This document shows, piece after piece, positions 50,501 to 60,011 of a stretch of DNA of 64,000 nucleotides. The stretch is from Cyanobacteria bacterium P01_F01_bin.150. GTDB lineage: Bacteria; Cyanobacteriota; Cyanobacteriia; CAKZMO01. Every line of letters begins with the position of its first letter. Position 1 is the stretch's first letter. The notes below the pieces were generated by a model. It saw nothing but the letters and a program-made list of their open reading frames with translations, searched no databases and was not told the origin of the DNA. The stretch lies in NCBI GenBank assembly GCA_039189765.1, contig JBCCYL010000020.1, positions 18,280 to 82,279 of the forward strand. The letters run 5' to 3'. Both the position numbers and the translations under genes were made by a program.

Positions 50501-53160
50501 ATAACGACGGTATCCTTGATGTAGTTGAAGCTGGATTAATAGCCCAAGACCCAGACGGAGATGGACGAGTTGATGGCCCCTTTGGGGATAATGGCTTTGC
50601 TGATGATCTAGAAACTGCACCAGAAAGTGGCGTTCCGATCTTTACTCCTCGGGATACGGATGGTGATACTCTTCCCGACTTCCAAGATTTGGACGCAGAC
50701 AACGACAGCATTCCTGATGTAGTCGAGAGCGGTGGTAGCGATCCGGATGAAGACGGCATTATTGGCAGTGGCACTCCTGTGGTCAATGAGAATGGGGTAG
50801 CCAATGATATTAACCCAGCGGTTGGCGGTACCCCCTCTCCAATCCCAAATACGGATGGCACGGATCAGCCAGATTATCAAGATATTGATAGCAATAATGA
50901 TGGCATCAATGATTTGGTGACAGTGGGCGGCAGCATTTTAGACCCAGATGGCAATGGTCAGGTTGATGGTGTCGATGCAGATGAGGACGGCATTACTGAT
51001 ACGGTAGATCGAAGCCTCAATCAGTTTGGGACAGGACCAGCGGTTGATACTGACGAAGATACGATTATCGATATCTTTGATCTAGATGACGATAATGATG
51101 GCATCTTAGATGAGGTTGAAGAAGGGGGAGATCCATTAAAGGATACCGATGGAGACGGGATTCTCGATCGGTTGGACCTAGATGCAGATAATGATGGCAT
51201 TTTAGATATTGTTGAAGCCGGACACACAGAGGGGGATGCAGATGGAAACGGTCGCGTCGACACTCCTGTGGGCACCAACGGCTTTGCCGATGGATTAGAA
51301 ACGGCTCCCGATAGCAACACTGCAAACTTTACGCCTGTGGATACAGATGTCGAAGGGGTCTTCGATTTTCAGGATCTAGACGCGGACAATGATGGAATCT
51401 TGGACGTTGTTGAAGGAGGCAATGCAGACCCTGATGAAGATGGTCTGCTGGGCAATGGTACCCCTACTTTAGGCAATAGTGGGGTTGATGCGAACGGCAT
51501 TCCTACAGCTCGCCAGGTTCCCACGGGCAGCTCATTTAACTTGCCTAGTATTGATCTCGATAATGTCTTTGATTTCCGAGACCTGGACAGCGATGGGGAC
51601 GGCATTTTTGACCTAATCGAAGGTGAGATTATTGCCCCCGATGCAAACAATGATGGGGTAGTCGATGGCCTTGATAGTGATGGTGATGGCATTGTTGACC
51701 CCATCGATCGCCGACAGGGTATTTTTGGGACTGCTCCTGCAAGGGATACAGACGACGATGGAGTTCCTGACGCCATTGATCTGGATGATGACAATGACGG
51801 CATTCTTGACGTTGTCGAAGAAAATGGAACTCCCGGTCGAGATACGGATGGAGACGGTGTGCCTGATAGCCTTGATTTGGATGCCGACAATGATGGCATT
51901 TTAGATGTGGTTGAAGCGGGACATTCTGAGCAAGATCCAGATGGTGATGGCCGATTAAATGGGCCCTTTGGAGATAATGGCTTTGCCGATATCTTGGAGA
52001 CGACCCCTGAAAGTGGCGTGGCTAATTTTACTGCCGAGAATACGGATAGCGATGGGGTTCCGGATTTCCAGGATTTAGATTCAGACAATGACAGCATTCC
52101 CGATGTTACAGAGACAGATGGTAGCGATCCGGATCAGGACGGCGTTATTGGGACTGGAACACCTGTAGTCAATGAGGATGGTATTGCCAATGATATTAAT
52201 TCGGCGGTGGGGGGAACACCGTCTCCTGTGACCGATACCGATAGTGATACAATCCCTGATTATCGAGATCTGGATTCTGATAATGACGGAATTTTTGATC
52301 TGCGGGAAAGGGGCGGCATTGATCTGCCTGAAAATCTTAACGGACAAGTCATTGGTGTGGATAGTGACGGAGATGGCATTGTCGATACGGTGGATGGCAA
52401 TATAGGCATTTTTGGTACAGTTCCAGGTCTCAACCCCATTCCTATTAATTCAGATGAAGATGATGTGCCTGATTACCGCGATCGCCCGTCCATTATTGGG
52501 GGTGAAAAAGTCATTGGAGATGATTTGCTTCGGGGTTTGAGCGATCCGGATAAGATTGAAGGCCGAGCTGGTGACAATACGATTATCGGGGGTAGTGCAG
52601 ACGATCGCCTACTTGGGCGTGGTGGCGATGACCAGATTATTGGTGGTACCGGTGACGACACTATCAGTGGCGGCAGCGGCAATGATCTGCTTAAAGGCGG
52701 CGGCGGTGATGATAAGATGCGTGGTAACACTGGTCGTGACTTTATGTTTGGAGGTAGCGGTAGCGACACAATGTTTGGGGGCAGGGGTAGTGACAGGATG
52801 TCTGGGGGCAGCAGTCGTGACCGAATGTTGGGGGGCCGAGGCAACGATGTGATCAGTGGCGATCGCGGCAATGACCGAATTAGAGGAGGTAGAGGTCAAG
52901 ATACGCTAACAGGTGGTCAAGGCCAAGATGTCTTCATATTTAGTAGGCCTAACGAAATTGGCGACACTATCACTGACTTTGAATTAACCAAAGATCGAAT
53001 CAGGTTACGCAAGCTCAACAATGGCATTAATGCCTTTACTGACTTATCAATTGTTCAGTCTGGGGAGAATGCATTAATACAGTCTCAATCCGGTGACCTA
53101 ATTGTCCAATTGAACACCATAGAGGCAGCAGATTTGAACGATAGCCATTTTATTTTCTAG
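47572..53160 (+). CDS. Large Ca-binding surface protein: DUF4347 + uncharacterised domain + thrombospondin type-3-like repeats + RTX repeats
   Basis: LHIVSHGSPG..LYGCNVA..GGNWDL (DUF4347), many DxDxDGxxD and LDxDNDGILD, GGxGxD nonapeptides, TITDF C-terminus. Confidence 0.88.
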   Translation: MHHQVQENCDPVISSTSSTLVIIDSSIDDYQSMLEDLRGRHYTYVLSAEEDGIIQVTDLLNQLETITSLHIVSHGSPGTIFLGNRELSVATLTSYAPQLKTWFPSISDASLALYGCNVAVGDAGEEFLRKLHVLTQADIAASTTSIGQTKLGGNWDLDYRLGTSGTVLFSEHFQQSYASVLATPVTNLFTTTADATPTTIVSDGVGDPASEFAGDTTYTTRFGRGDDIILTGFEVNIGGVIQTFSTELGGLTLDSAIKIQRNTANADANTPFFALQSDPRPDPLNDPQYEAEFIDIIGSEVPDDDAALNGDIINRGIEAVFVNEGQSASNIERLDYILTTPVRTTDANELDSVGFLIVERGGNDSFQIAPILALDANNDPTAYGDLITVNANDFGATDQEILAVQYTQEMDDPNLRPDNIFNRGGSTQNIGAVYISWDDLGIDVNENVFGYSLFAPDTNPANGDLLDVNSGAFPTNTTGRFQGSGNSLDPIAGGLLFVSDTVDDLVSIDTDQDGVDDVIDLDDDNDGILDVDEGADDNRDTDGDGIPDYLDIDSDNDGIPDNVEAQTTAGYRAPIPDGPGADTNDNGINDAYDPDIAGSTPLTIANLVNTDDDPIPDYLDPDSDNDGIPDAAENNETANAIVDPNADADGDGLNDVFDSVDNSNGTWDVNDDIDTPSTDLPNTDGNDADVDYRTAPIPVGDDADQDGIPDIEDLDDDNDGILDTVEDRGVPNRDTDGDGIPDRLDLDADNDGILDIIEAGHTEADPDGDGRVNTPVGANGFADGLETTPESGSANYTVADTDNEGVPDFQDLDSDNDGLLDVTEGGSQDPDEDGLIGVGVPTVNDAGIANDINPAVGGTSAPVPDTDGNGTPDFRSLDSDSDTIPDLEESGINAPDENNDGVVDGPDTDGDGIVNPVDRAEGVFGTAPGDSDGDGIPDSEDIDDDNDGILDTVEERGVPGRDTDGDGVPDSRDLDTDNDGILDVVEAGLIAQDPDGDGRVDGPFGDNGFADDLETAPESGVPIFTPRDTDGDTLPDFQDLDADNDSIPDVVESGGSDPDEDGIIGSGTPVVNENGVANDINPAVGGTPSPIPNTDGTDQPDYQDIDSNNDGINDLVTVGGSILDPDGNGQVDGVDADEDGITDTVDRSLNQFGTGPAVDTDEDTIIDIFDLDDDNDGILDEVEEGGDPLKDTDGDGILDRLDLDADNDGILDIVEAGHTEGDADGNGRVDTPVGTNGFADGLETAPDSNTANFTPVDTDVEGVFDFQDLDADNDGILDVVEGGNADPDEDGLLGNGTPTLGNSGVDANGIPTARQVPTGSSFNLPSIDLDNVFDFRDLDSDGDGIFDLIEGEIIAPDANNDGVVDGLDSDGDGIVDPIDRRQGIFGTAPARDTDDDGVPDAIDLDDDNDGILDVVEENGTPGRDTDGDGVPDSLDLDADNDGILDVVEAGHSEQDPDGDGRLNGPFGDNGFADILETTPESGVANFTAENTDSDGVPDFQDLDSDNDSIPDVTETDGSDPDQDGVIGTGTPVVNEDGIANDINSAVGGTPSPVTDTDSDTIPDYRDLDSDNDGIFDLRERGGIDLPENLNGQVIGVDSDGDGIVDTVDGNIGIFGTVPGLNPIPINSDEDDVPDYRDRPSIIGGEKVIGDDLLRGLSDPDKIEGRAGDNTIIGGSADDRLLGRGGDDQIIGGTGDDTISGGSGNDLLKGGGGDDKMRGNTGRDFMFGGSGSDTMFGGRGSDRMSGGSSRDRMLGGRGNDVISGDRGNDRIRGGRGQDTLTGGQGQDVFIFSRPNEIGDTITDFELTKDRIRLRKLNNGINAFTDLSIVQSGENALIQSQSGDLIVQLNTIEAADLNDSHFIF
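49675..52490 (+). repeat. Four ~228-233-aa tandem units within the surface protein
   Basis: Units start at 49675, 50359, 51046 and 51745. Confidence 0.85.
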
Positions 53161-53230
53161 AGACTCTTGCCAGTCAACTCTAGACAACGTTTTGAGCGAT
53201 TAAGACATCTCGTTCAATATCGAAACAGCC

Positions 53231-53302
53231 ACTTTAAGCAGCTAGTGTAGGCATAAAGAGTCCACACTAGCGTTGTTTTTTGTTGAACCTTAAATCGAAA
53301 CC
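53231..53302 (+). repeat. Structured dispersed element, subfamily A, copy 5
   Basis: CTAGTGTAGG-loop-TCCACACTAGCGTT...TTGTTGAACCTTAAATCGAAACC. Confidence 0.75.
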
Positions 53303-53363
53303 ACGACTGGACAGACTTCTTACATTAGCCATAAAGAAACAAGAGGGTGAGGCATCTTAACCC

Positions 53364-54131
53364 ATGACGCATTCTAATTCCGATATTCTCTGCTCTACAG
53401 TACAGCTTTTGAACGATGGGATTGCAATTCCAGCCTACATTGCTCAACCAAAGACGATTGACAGTATCAAGGACTCCGTTCCAGCAATCATTGTCCTTCA
53501 AGAAATCTTTGGAGTTAATTATCATATCCGTGATGTGACCGATCGTATTGCACGATTGGGGTATGTGGCGATCGCCCCTGCTCTCTACGAGCGACAGGCT
53601 CCCGGATTTGAAACTGGATACACCCAAGAGAGTATTACCATCGGCCGTACCTACAAACAAAATACGAAGACCCAAGAACTATTAGGAGATATTCAAGCAG
53701 CTATTAATTATTTGAATACGTTAACCATTGTGAATTCTGAGGCAATTGGCTGCATCGGCTTTTGTTTTGGTGGACATGTTGCCTATCTAGCGGCAACATT
53801 GCCAACCATCAAAGTGACTGCCTCTTTCTATGGGGCAGGAATTACCACCTGGGGACCAGGCGAGGACACTCCAACCTTGAGTCGAACGGCCCATATTCAT
53901 GGCATTCTATATGGCTTCTTTGGCATGGATGATCAAAGTATTCCCCTCCATCAGGTTAATGAAATTAAACAGGTACTTCTGAAAAATAATGTTGCCCATC
54001 AGATCTTTCTTTATCCAGATACGGGACATGGCTTTTTCTGCGATCAACGGAGCAGCTATAACAATGCTGCGGCATCAGATGCCTGGAACCAGGTGAAAGC
54101 TCTATTTCAAGAATTGAACATATCTCAATAA
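53364..54131 (+). CDS. Dienelactone hydrolase family protein
   Basis: QEIFGVN, GFCFGG nucleophile motif, HGFFCDQR. Confidence 0.93.
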   Translation: MTHSNSDILCSTVQLLNDGIAIPAYIAQPKTIDSIKDSVPAIIVLQEIFGVNYHIRDVTDRIARLGYVAIAPALYERQAPGFETGYTQESITIGRTYKQNTKTQELLGDIQAAINYLNTLTIVNSEAIGCIGFCFGGHVAYLAATLPTIKVTASFYGAGITTWGPGEDTPTLSRTAHIHGILYGFFGMDDQSIPLHQVNEIKQVLLKNNVAHQIFLYPDTGHGFFCDQRSSYNNAAASDAWNQVKALFQELNISQ

Positions 54132-54695
54132 AAACGTTGGACTTACCGCTGCATTGCACTATATCTTTAGCACAAGAGTCAGACACGATTGTGACCATAA
54201 TCTATTCAATTTTAGGATCGTAAAAGGATAATCAGGTGATCTGCTATTCTAGAGTGGCTTTAGTCCTGGTCAGTTCATCAAGCGTTATCTCTGATAACTT
54301 ATTGAGTGACCACCACTCTTACTTTTTCTCATGAGCAGAGTTAAAAGAGAGATTGCCTTAATAGGTGAATAAGATAGTGACGTTGATGAAGCTCTACCAT
54401 ATTGAACAACTTGGGTGATAGTAGTCCACTAAAGGTCTCACTGGCCTTGAATTAGGTTGGATTAGGCATTACCTGGGGTCAAGTGCGTCCTCATAGCCTA
54501 GGCGTGCTTTTTACATTTCTTAATATTTTCCGATGAACTGGCGGCAATTTGACATCTTCAGACTATTTAACGCTCAAAAAGATGAAGAATTGATTATATT
54601 AGGGAGGCTCTCTGTTCAGATTAGCGAGTTGTTGGTCATGCGAGACTCCATGTCTAAAGCAGCATCAGATTTGACAAGGTTCCTGGGAGGTCGGT

Positions 54696-55907
54696 TTGTC
54701 CTTTTCCTCAGATGATTTCGAAAAAGCCCTTGAGCAACACAGTTTCTCGTTTCAACGAGGGGATGTGGTTCGTGGCACTATTCACAGTCACGATTCCGAT
54801 GGCCTGTATGTGGACATTGGTGGTAAGGCTGCGGCTTATTTGCCCAGAGATGAAGCCGCGCTTAAGCGCCTCGCCGACATATCTACTGTGTTACCGATCG
54901 GAGAGGCAAGGGACTTTTTGATTATTCGTGAACAAAATGCGGATGGCCAGGTGACCCTTTCTATTCGCCAGTTGGAAATTAAGCAGCTCTGGCAACAATT
55001 CGAAGAAATGCAGGGGACAGAAGAGACGATTGACGTTCGTGTCAGTGGTGTCAATAAAGGTGGAGTAACAGTAGATGCACAGGGCTTGAGAGGATTTGTG
55101 CCGCGATCGCACCTTATTGATCGTGATGGTCTTGATTCTCTAGTAGGCAAGATTTTAACGGTTAGTCTTCTGGAAGTCGATCCAGATCGTCGTCGCCTGG
55201 TTCTATCCCAACGACTTGCAAGCCAGGCAGCAAGTCTGACGCAATTAGAAGTAGGTCAGCTCATCAGTGGTCGAATCTCAGGCATCAAGCCTTTTGGAGT
55301 GTTTATTGATTTTGATGGTGTAACGGGCTTACTTCACATCAATCAAGTTAGCAAAAACTACGTGTCTTCTTTAGATGCAATTTTCCAAACTGGACAATCC
55401 GTAAAGGCCATGATTATAGCCCTAGATGAAGTCAAGCGACGCGTGTCTCTGTCCACAAAAGTTCTAGAGGATTATCCCGGCGAAGTCTTAGAAAAGATGG
55501 AAACGGTGATGAGTGAAGCGTCAGATCGAGCAGATAAGGCAAGAACGGCTATTCTCAAAGGTGACGCTGTAGGTAGCGGCAGCGGGAAAAGCAAGAAAAG
55601 TGCTGGGACTGATGCAGCAGATAGTAGTCATGATGAGTCGGTCAACAAAGGTGATGACGGCCCGGTGGCAACAGCGGTTGCAGAGTCACCATTGCCCGAA
55701 ACACATACCGAAGATGACAATGAAATAGCGACCGAAAAAGTTGTGGGTGATGCGGCGAGTGAAGACGCCGAGACAGGCTCAGGTGCTGCAATACCGGAAG
55801 CTAAGACGACCGACGAAACATTGACGAATTCTGAAGATGCTGCTGAAGATACTGATTCTGATGACTCAGGCAACAGTGGTGATGAGTCGCCTACCGAAGA
55901 AGCTTAG
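54696..55907 (+). CDS. 30S ribosomal protein S1 homologue (three S1 domains, Rps1b-like) with acidic tail
   Basis: YVDIGGK, NKGGV..GLRGFVPRSHL, KPFGVF..GLLHI; TTG start preceded by GGAGGT. Confidence 0.9.
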   Translation: MSFSSDDFEKALEQHSFSFQRGDVVRGTIHSHDSDGLYVDIGGKAAAYLPRDEAALKRLADISTVLPIGEARDFLIIREQNADGQVTLSIRQLEIKQLWQQFEEMQGTEETIDVRVSGVNKGGVTVDAQGLRGFVPRSHLIDRDGLDSLVGKILTVSLLEVDPDRRRLVLSQRLASQAASLTQLEVGQLISGRISGIKPFGVFIDFDGVTGLLHINQVSKNYVSSLDAIFQTGQSVKAMIIALDEVKRRVSLSTKVLEDYPGEVLEKMETVMSEASDRADKARTAILKGDAVGSGSGKSKKSAGTDAADSSHDESVNKGDDGPVATAVAESPLPETHTEDDNEIATEKVVGDAASEDAETGSGAAIPEAKTTDETLTNSEDAAEDTDSDDSGNSGDESPTEEA

Positions 55908-56388
55908 GGGTTTATTCGGCAATAACCTTACGAATTGGAAGGCAAAACCTTATTGGCGGGATTCCTCTGCATGGGCAATGCAGCTAAGCGCATTGCCAGA
56001 CTTTGAAATGTAACATTTTAAGAACTTAAGCAAATAAAGCTTGCTTGCAATGTCTTTTTTTTTCATAATTGGGGCAATTTTGCATGGGTTCTATGTAAAT
56101 TTGCAACGTGGGGACGAGCTTCTTAAAGGCTTTCCTCTATGTCAGAAGGCTGTATTTGCCAATTTATGGCTCAGGACAAGTAGGTATTACACGAGTTCCT
56201 CACCGAGAAGAGCAGGTAAGGCTACAAGTTACATAGTACTGTGCATGCATTTGCGATGTTTTATGCTGTGTATCGCCCCTGTGATGTTGGCTCATCTTCT
56301 GCCGTTCAACCGTTGTAAGTGTACATTGTTCAGTGTGAAGGCAAAGATTATTGACAGTTAACGCAAGGGTTGAGGAGCGATCGCATCG

Positions 56389-56859
56389 ATGAGCATTATT
56401 CAGAAGTCGATGAGTATTATCAAGGAAAAGCTGGGTGGGCCAGGCTATTTTATGGAGGTAGATAAAGCTAAAACTGCCGACACCAAGCCTGGAAAATCAA
56501 AAGTGGCTAAAGTTGACAAAGAGGAAGCTAAGGCAAAGAGCGCATCAGACAATAAAGAGAAAGAAGCGGTAGAGATAGCTGCTGATAGCGGTCAAAACAA
56601 CGAGTCTGCTAGCGCACCTGTAGAAGCTGCAACTACTTCTGCCGGAAATCAGAATAGCTCTGGGGTGACAGATGTTCAATCTTTGATAGACAACGCGATT
56701 GCCCAAACCACAGCTGAGTCTACTCAACAGGAGGAAGAAGCAAAGGCTGAGCGTACCTTTGCAACTGAATACCTCTCCTCTGGAAAGAGGGAAAAGCGGC
56801 GTAGACCTGGTCCTAGCTTAACTGTATTTAGAGATATGGCAGGAAAAATGCGAGGCTAG
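56389..56859 (+). CDS. Cyanobacterial hypothetical protein
   Basis: GYFMEVD N-terminal block and TFATEYL..RRRPGPSL..FRDMA C-terminal block. Confidence 0.7.
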   Translation: MSIIQKSMSIIKEKLGGPGYFMEVDKAKTADTKPGKSKVAKVDKEEAKAKSASDNKEKEAVEIAADSGQNNESASAPVEAATTSAGNQNSSGVTDVQSLIDNAIAQTTAESTQQEEEAKAERTFATEYLSSGKREKRRRPGPSLTVFRDMAGKMRG

Positions 56860-56939
56860 TAGTCTCTGGTAGTTCATTTGCTAGACATTAGCCATCTTTA
56901 TTGTTACACTTCTTATGCATAAGCTTACATAGAACAACC

Positions 56940-57019
56940 GAGTTCCAACGTAAGGCGGAACAAAATGAACGGTAGTGTAGGCGCGACACGCCCACACTAC
57001 CCGCCTAAAGGTGATACTC
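56940..57019 (-). repeat. ~80-bp structured dispersed element, subfamily A, copy 6
   Basis: Reverse complement GAGTATCACCTTTAGGCGGGTAGTGTGGGCG-loop-CGCCTACACTACCGTTCATTTTGTTCCGCCTTACGTTGGAACTC. Confidence 0.85.
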
Positions 57020-57037
57020 GAAAATCATGCATTGATC

Positions 57038-57085
57038 AAAGCTCCCTCAAAGTTTTTGAAGTCTTCGAAATCTTGAGGGCTTTTT
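57038..57085. terminator. Probable terminator hairpin between convergent genes
   Basis: AAAGCTCCCTCAA...TTGAGGGCTTTTT. Confidence 0.55.
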
Positions 57086-57103
57086 CTATCATTAATTAAC
57101 AAT

Positions 57104-58204
57104 TCACTCATTGATAGAGTGCCACAGTGCCGCTACGCTAAAGAGCTGGAACGCTTGGTCCCACTTACTTTCTGTCTTGCGAAATAAATTAATCTCTGCA
57201 GTAAAACCATCCATTAAATCTAAGTGGTCTAAAGCTGTAGGGCCAAAACTGGTGAAGTCGGTCCAAACCGCAGTCGGTGAAATATACTCTCCTAATGTTT
57301 CGGTCAAAGCATTCCACTTTAGTCGAGTTGTTGCAAATACCTGAGGCAATTCAGGATGATCTAAAACGCCTACATCTAAGCCTTTGTTGAATTGATAAAG
57401 GCGATCGCATAGCCGTAAGATACAGTTTCGTGCCGGCAAATGGATATCGTAAACCTGAGCATAGTCCTGGGTTTGTTCTTTGCGCTTGAGCTTGTTGTAA
57501 GGGCCGACATCCACCACATCTTCAAAAATAGGCAGCAAACCACTTACGGACTGATTAGCTTCTGTCCGTTTGAATGTCATTTCACCTAGCTGTCCATCAC
57601 TGTTTTGACACACTATCTTTACGACTGAACCAATGGACTGAATATAGTTCACTTGGAATACTTGAATTTTTTTAAGCTGCCTCATCGCCAAAGCAAAGGC
57701 ATTGATGCGGGTTCCTTGTAGCTCGGTCTTATACACACTCAGTTCTGCCATTGCTCCAGTTCTATAGAGTTTCCACGTTCGGCTGGGCAATTGCATATTT
57801 GCCGTGTAAGGATCAATATTCATAATTGTGGCAAACGATTGAGCCGCCTCTTTTTTCTGCTCGCCCATAATTGGAGCGATAAATAAAAAGCCCTCCCCCT
57901 CTTGACTGGGATCGCTGCTGACTCTGGCGATCGCAGCTTGTCGTCGTTCAGATTTAGATACTTTAAGTCTCTCCAGCCCCTTCCTTGCCATTCTCATAAG
58001 TTTAGGGTTAGAGGATTTTTGCAAAAGCTTTCGATACACTGCTTCCGCTTTTTCGAGATGTCCCATGCCTTCATGAATATTGCCCACGTACCATTGGACT
58101 TGAGGATCGTCAGGGTATTGCTTCATGAGGGGTTTGATCAATTTTACGGCTTGGCTATAGTTCTGCTGCTTTAATGCCGCTGCCACCTGATCAAGTTCTT
58201 GCAT
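57104..58204 (-). CDS. Tetratricopeptide-repeat protein
   Basis: N-terminal TPR (AEAVYRKLL, NPKL..ARKGLERL) plus conserved-looking C-terminal region. Confidence 0.8.
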   Translation of the reverse strand: MQELDQVAAALKQQNYSQAVKLIKPLMKQYPDDPQVQWYVGNIHEGMGHLEKAEAVYRKLLQKSSNPKLMRMARKGLERLKVSKSERRQAAIARVSSDPSQEGEGFLFIAPIMGEQKKEAAQSFATIMNIDPYTANMQLPSRTWKLYRTGAMAELSVYKTELQGTRINAFALAMRQLKKIQVFQVNYIQSIGSVVKIVCQNSDGQLGEMTFKRTEANQSVSGLLPIFEDVVDVGPYNKLKRKEQTQDYAQVYDIHLPARNCILRLCDRLYQFNKGLDVGVLDHPELPQVFATTRLKWNALTETLGEYISPTAVWTDFTSFGPTALDHLDLMDGFTAEINLFRKTESKWDQAFQLFSVAALWHSINE

Positions 58205-58498
58205 GAGTATGTCCTCGGTTGTCCTCTATCTTCCTTAAGTTAATACCTTGTACTGGCCTTAAAACCCGCATAACTTCAGTTTATTCACAGGCTTTTCCTT
58301 AACGACGTAAAGTTCAGGATGACCATATAAAATCAACTATATGCCACGGTCACATGGCTTAGGGCGTTGTTGTGGGTGGGGAGTGGGGAGCACTTCCTCA
58401 AAAACGTCTCTGTTTTAATGATGGTGCTTACAGCCGTATTCAAAAAAAACAAAGCCACAAATACCCTGAGCAAGCACTCTAAAGTAATGAGTTCTAGA

Positions 58499-58649
58499 GG
58501 GTTTCTTGCTAACATAGGACGACATTAACAGTGGTTTATGCGCTACCCGTATAAAAAGTTGATACCCAGCTCAAGGTTTAAGGTGGGAGAATTTTAACGG
58601 GATATTGAGGTGTTTTGTGCCCCAGTACCCTAACTTAAAATAAAAGCCC
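58499..58649 (-). repeat. Two abutting structured elements: eroded subfamily A copy (58499-58567) and subfamily B copy 2 (58568-58649)
   Basis: GGGTTTC...AAGTTGATACCC termini, then AAGGTGGGAGAATTTTAACGGGATATTGAGG..CCCCAGTACCC..CTTAAAATAAAAGCCC. Confidence 0.65.
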
Positions 58650-58722
58650 AGCTTAAATGATACTAATAACAGTCAAGAGAACACCTATTTATGTAGCTGG
58701 TAAAAAGGGGAGAATCCGGTTT

Positions 58723-59826
58723 ATGAGTGATGAGTTTCGCGACTTGCTCCGTAAGGTTGGTAGTGGCAAGCATACCAGCAAGGTTTTAAGCCGAGCAGAA
58801 GCGGCAAGGGCGGGAGAACTCATGTTGCGCCAGGAGGCAACTCCGGCTCAAATTGGAGCATTTATGATTGCCCACCGCATCAAGCGGCCCACAGGAGAGG
58901 AGCTGGCTGGTATTTTGGATGCTTACAATCTGTTGGGGCCAAGGCTAGCACCGATTGAATCGGAGTTTGGCCCCATTATTCTGAATTCCCCCTATGATGG
59001 TCGCGCTCGCACTGCGCCCATTCGTCCCTTAACAACGCTGATCTTAGCCGCAGCCGGATGCCCGGTGATTTCTCATGGGGGCGATCGCATGGGGACCAAA
59101 TACGGCATTCCTTTTAGCCAAATTTGGAGAGAATTAGGCGTAGAGTGGAGCCATCTAGAATTAGACCAGGTTCAACAGATTTTTGAGCAAACCTACATTG
59201 GTTTCCTGTACACTCCTAAACTATTTCCCCTTGCAGCAGGGCTAGTGGACTATCGCAATCAAATTGGGAAACGTCCGCCTTTAGCTACAATTGAACTTAT
59301 TTGGAAGCCTTATAAGGGCAAAGCGTTAGTCGCTGCCGGTTTTGTCCATCCTCCCACCGAAAGCACAGCCCAAGAAGCCCTGACTCGCCACAAGACCCAA
59401 CAATTTATCATGGTCAAAGGGTTAGAAGGAAGCTGTGACTTATCACGCGATCGCACCTGCATCATGGGAAAAGGCCCAGGGCCAGTCGATGAGGAAACGG
59501 GTCAACCAACGGTCGAGCGCCTGTTTTTACGTTCGATAGATTACGGATACAAACACAAAGACGTCCCCCTGAATTCCGATACTGACTTTATTGCTCAGTT
59601 AACGTCTGTTTTAGCCGGAAACCTAAACGAGGAATGGACCCATCAATTGATGCAGTCAGCTGTGTGGAACGGCGGTTTCTATCTCTGGCAGAGTGGCATT
59701 TGTTCGGATATGGAATCCGGCCTAGCCCAAGCACAAAAATTGTTGGAGGATGGTAGTGCTCTAGCTAAGCTAAAAGCGCTCCAAGAGGCAATACAAGCTT
59801 TATCGCAGGTCAACGCTGCTCTCTAA
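58723..59826 (+). CDS. Anthranilate phosphoribosyltransferase-like (glycosyltransferase family 3) protein
   Basis: FRDLLRKVGSG, ATPAQIGAFMIAHRIKR, PYDGR, GFVHPPTE, VKGLEGS; lacks the canonical TrpD GTGGD motif. Confidence 0.85.
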   Translation: MSDEFRDLLRKVGSGKHTSKVLSRAEAARAGELMLRQEATPAQIGAFMIAHRIKRPTGEELAGILDAYNLLGPRLAPIESEFGPIILNSPYDGRARTAPIRPLTTLILAAAGCPVISHGGDRMGTKYGIPFSQIWRELGVEWSHLELDQVQQIFEQTYIGFLYTPKLFPLAAGLVDYRNQIGKRPPLATIELIWKPYKGKALVAAGFVHPPTESTAQEALTRHKTQQFIMVKGLEGSCDLSRDRTCIMGKGPGPVDEETGQPTVERLFLRSIDYGYKHKDVPLNSDTDFIAQLTSVLAGNLNEEWTHQLMQSAVWNGGFYLWQSGICSDMESGLAQAQKLLEDGSALAKLKALQEAIQALSQVNAAL

Positions 59827-59903
59827 TTTATAGCAACATTTTTGTGGGGGATTGGAGTGCCCCCACGAAAACGGCCTCATCAATGTGACCATGGCTAAAG
59901 GAC

Positions 59904-59932
59904 AAAAAAATGGGAGAGCATAAGCTCCCCCA
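59904..59932 (-). terminator. Rho-independent terminator of gnd
   Basis: Minus strand TGGGGGAGC-TTAT-GCTCTCCCA-TTTTTTT. Confidence 0.75.
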
Positions 59933-60011
59933 CGTCGTTCCTATCTGAAACAAGAGTCATACCTAGCAAATGATTCTCCTAGCTTTTGCTAAGAAGAAGG
60001 CTAGATTTAGA

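Noticed and set aside
49422..52899. Long antisense ORFs (up to 301 aa) opposite the surface protein
   Set aside because: Shadow frames of GAT/GAC/GGN-rich repeats giving Ser/Pro-rich translations
54650..54715. Possible frameshift at the S1 gene start (out-of-frame ATG, MSKAASD...)
   Set aside because: A TTG start at 54696 with GGAGGT just upstream gives a complete S1 N-terminus, so no frameshift is needed
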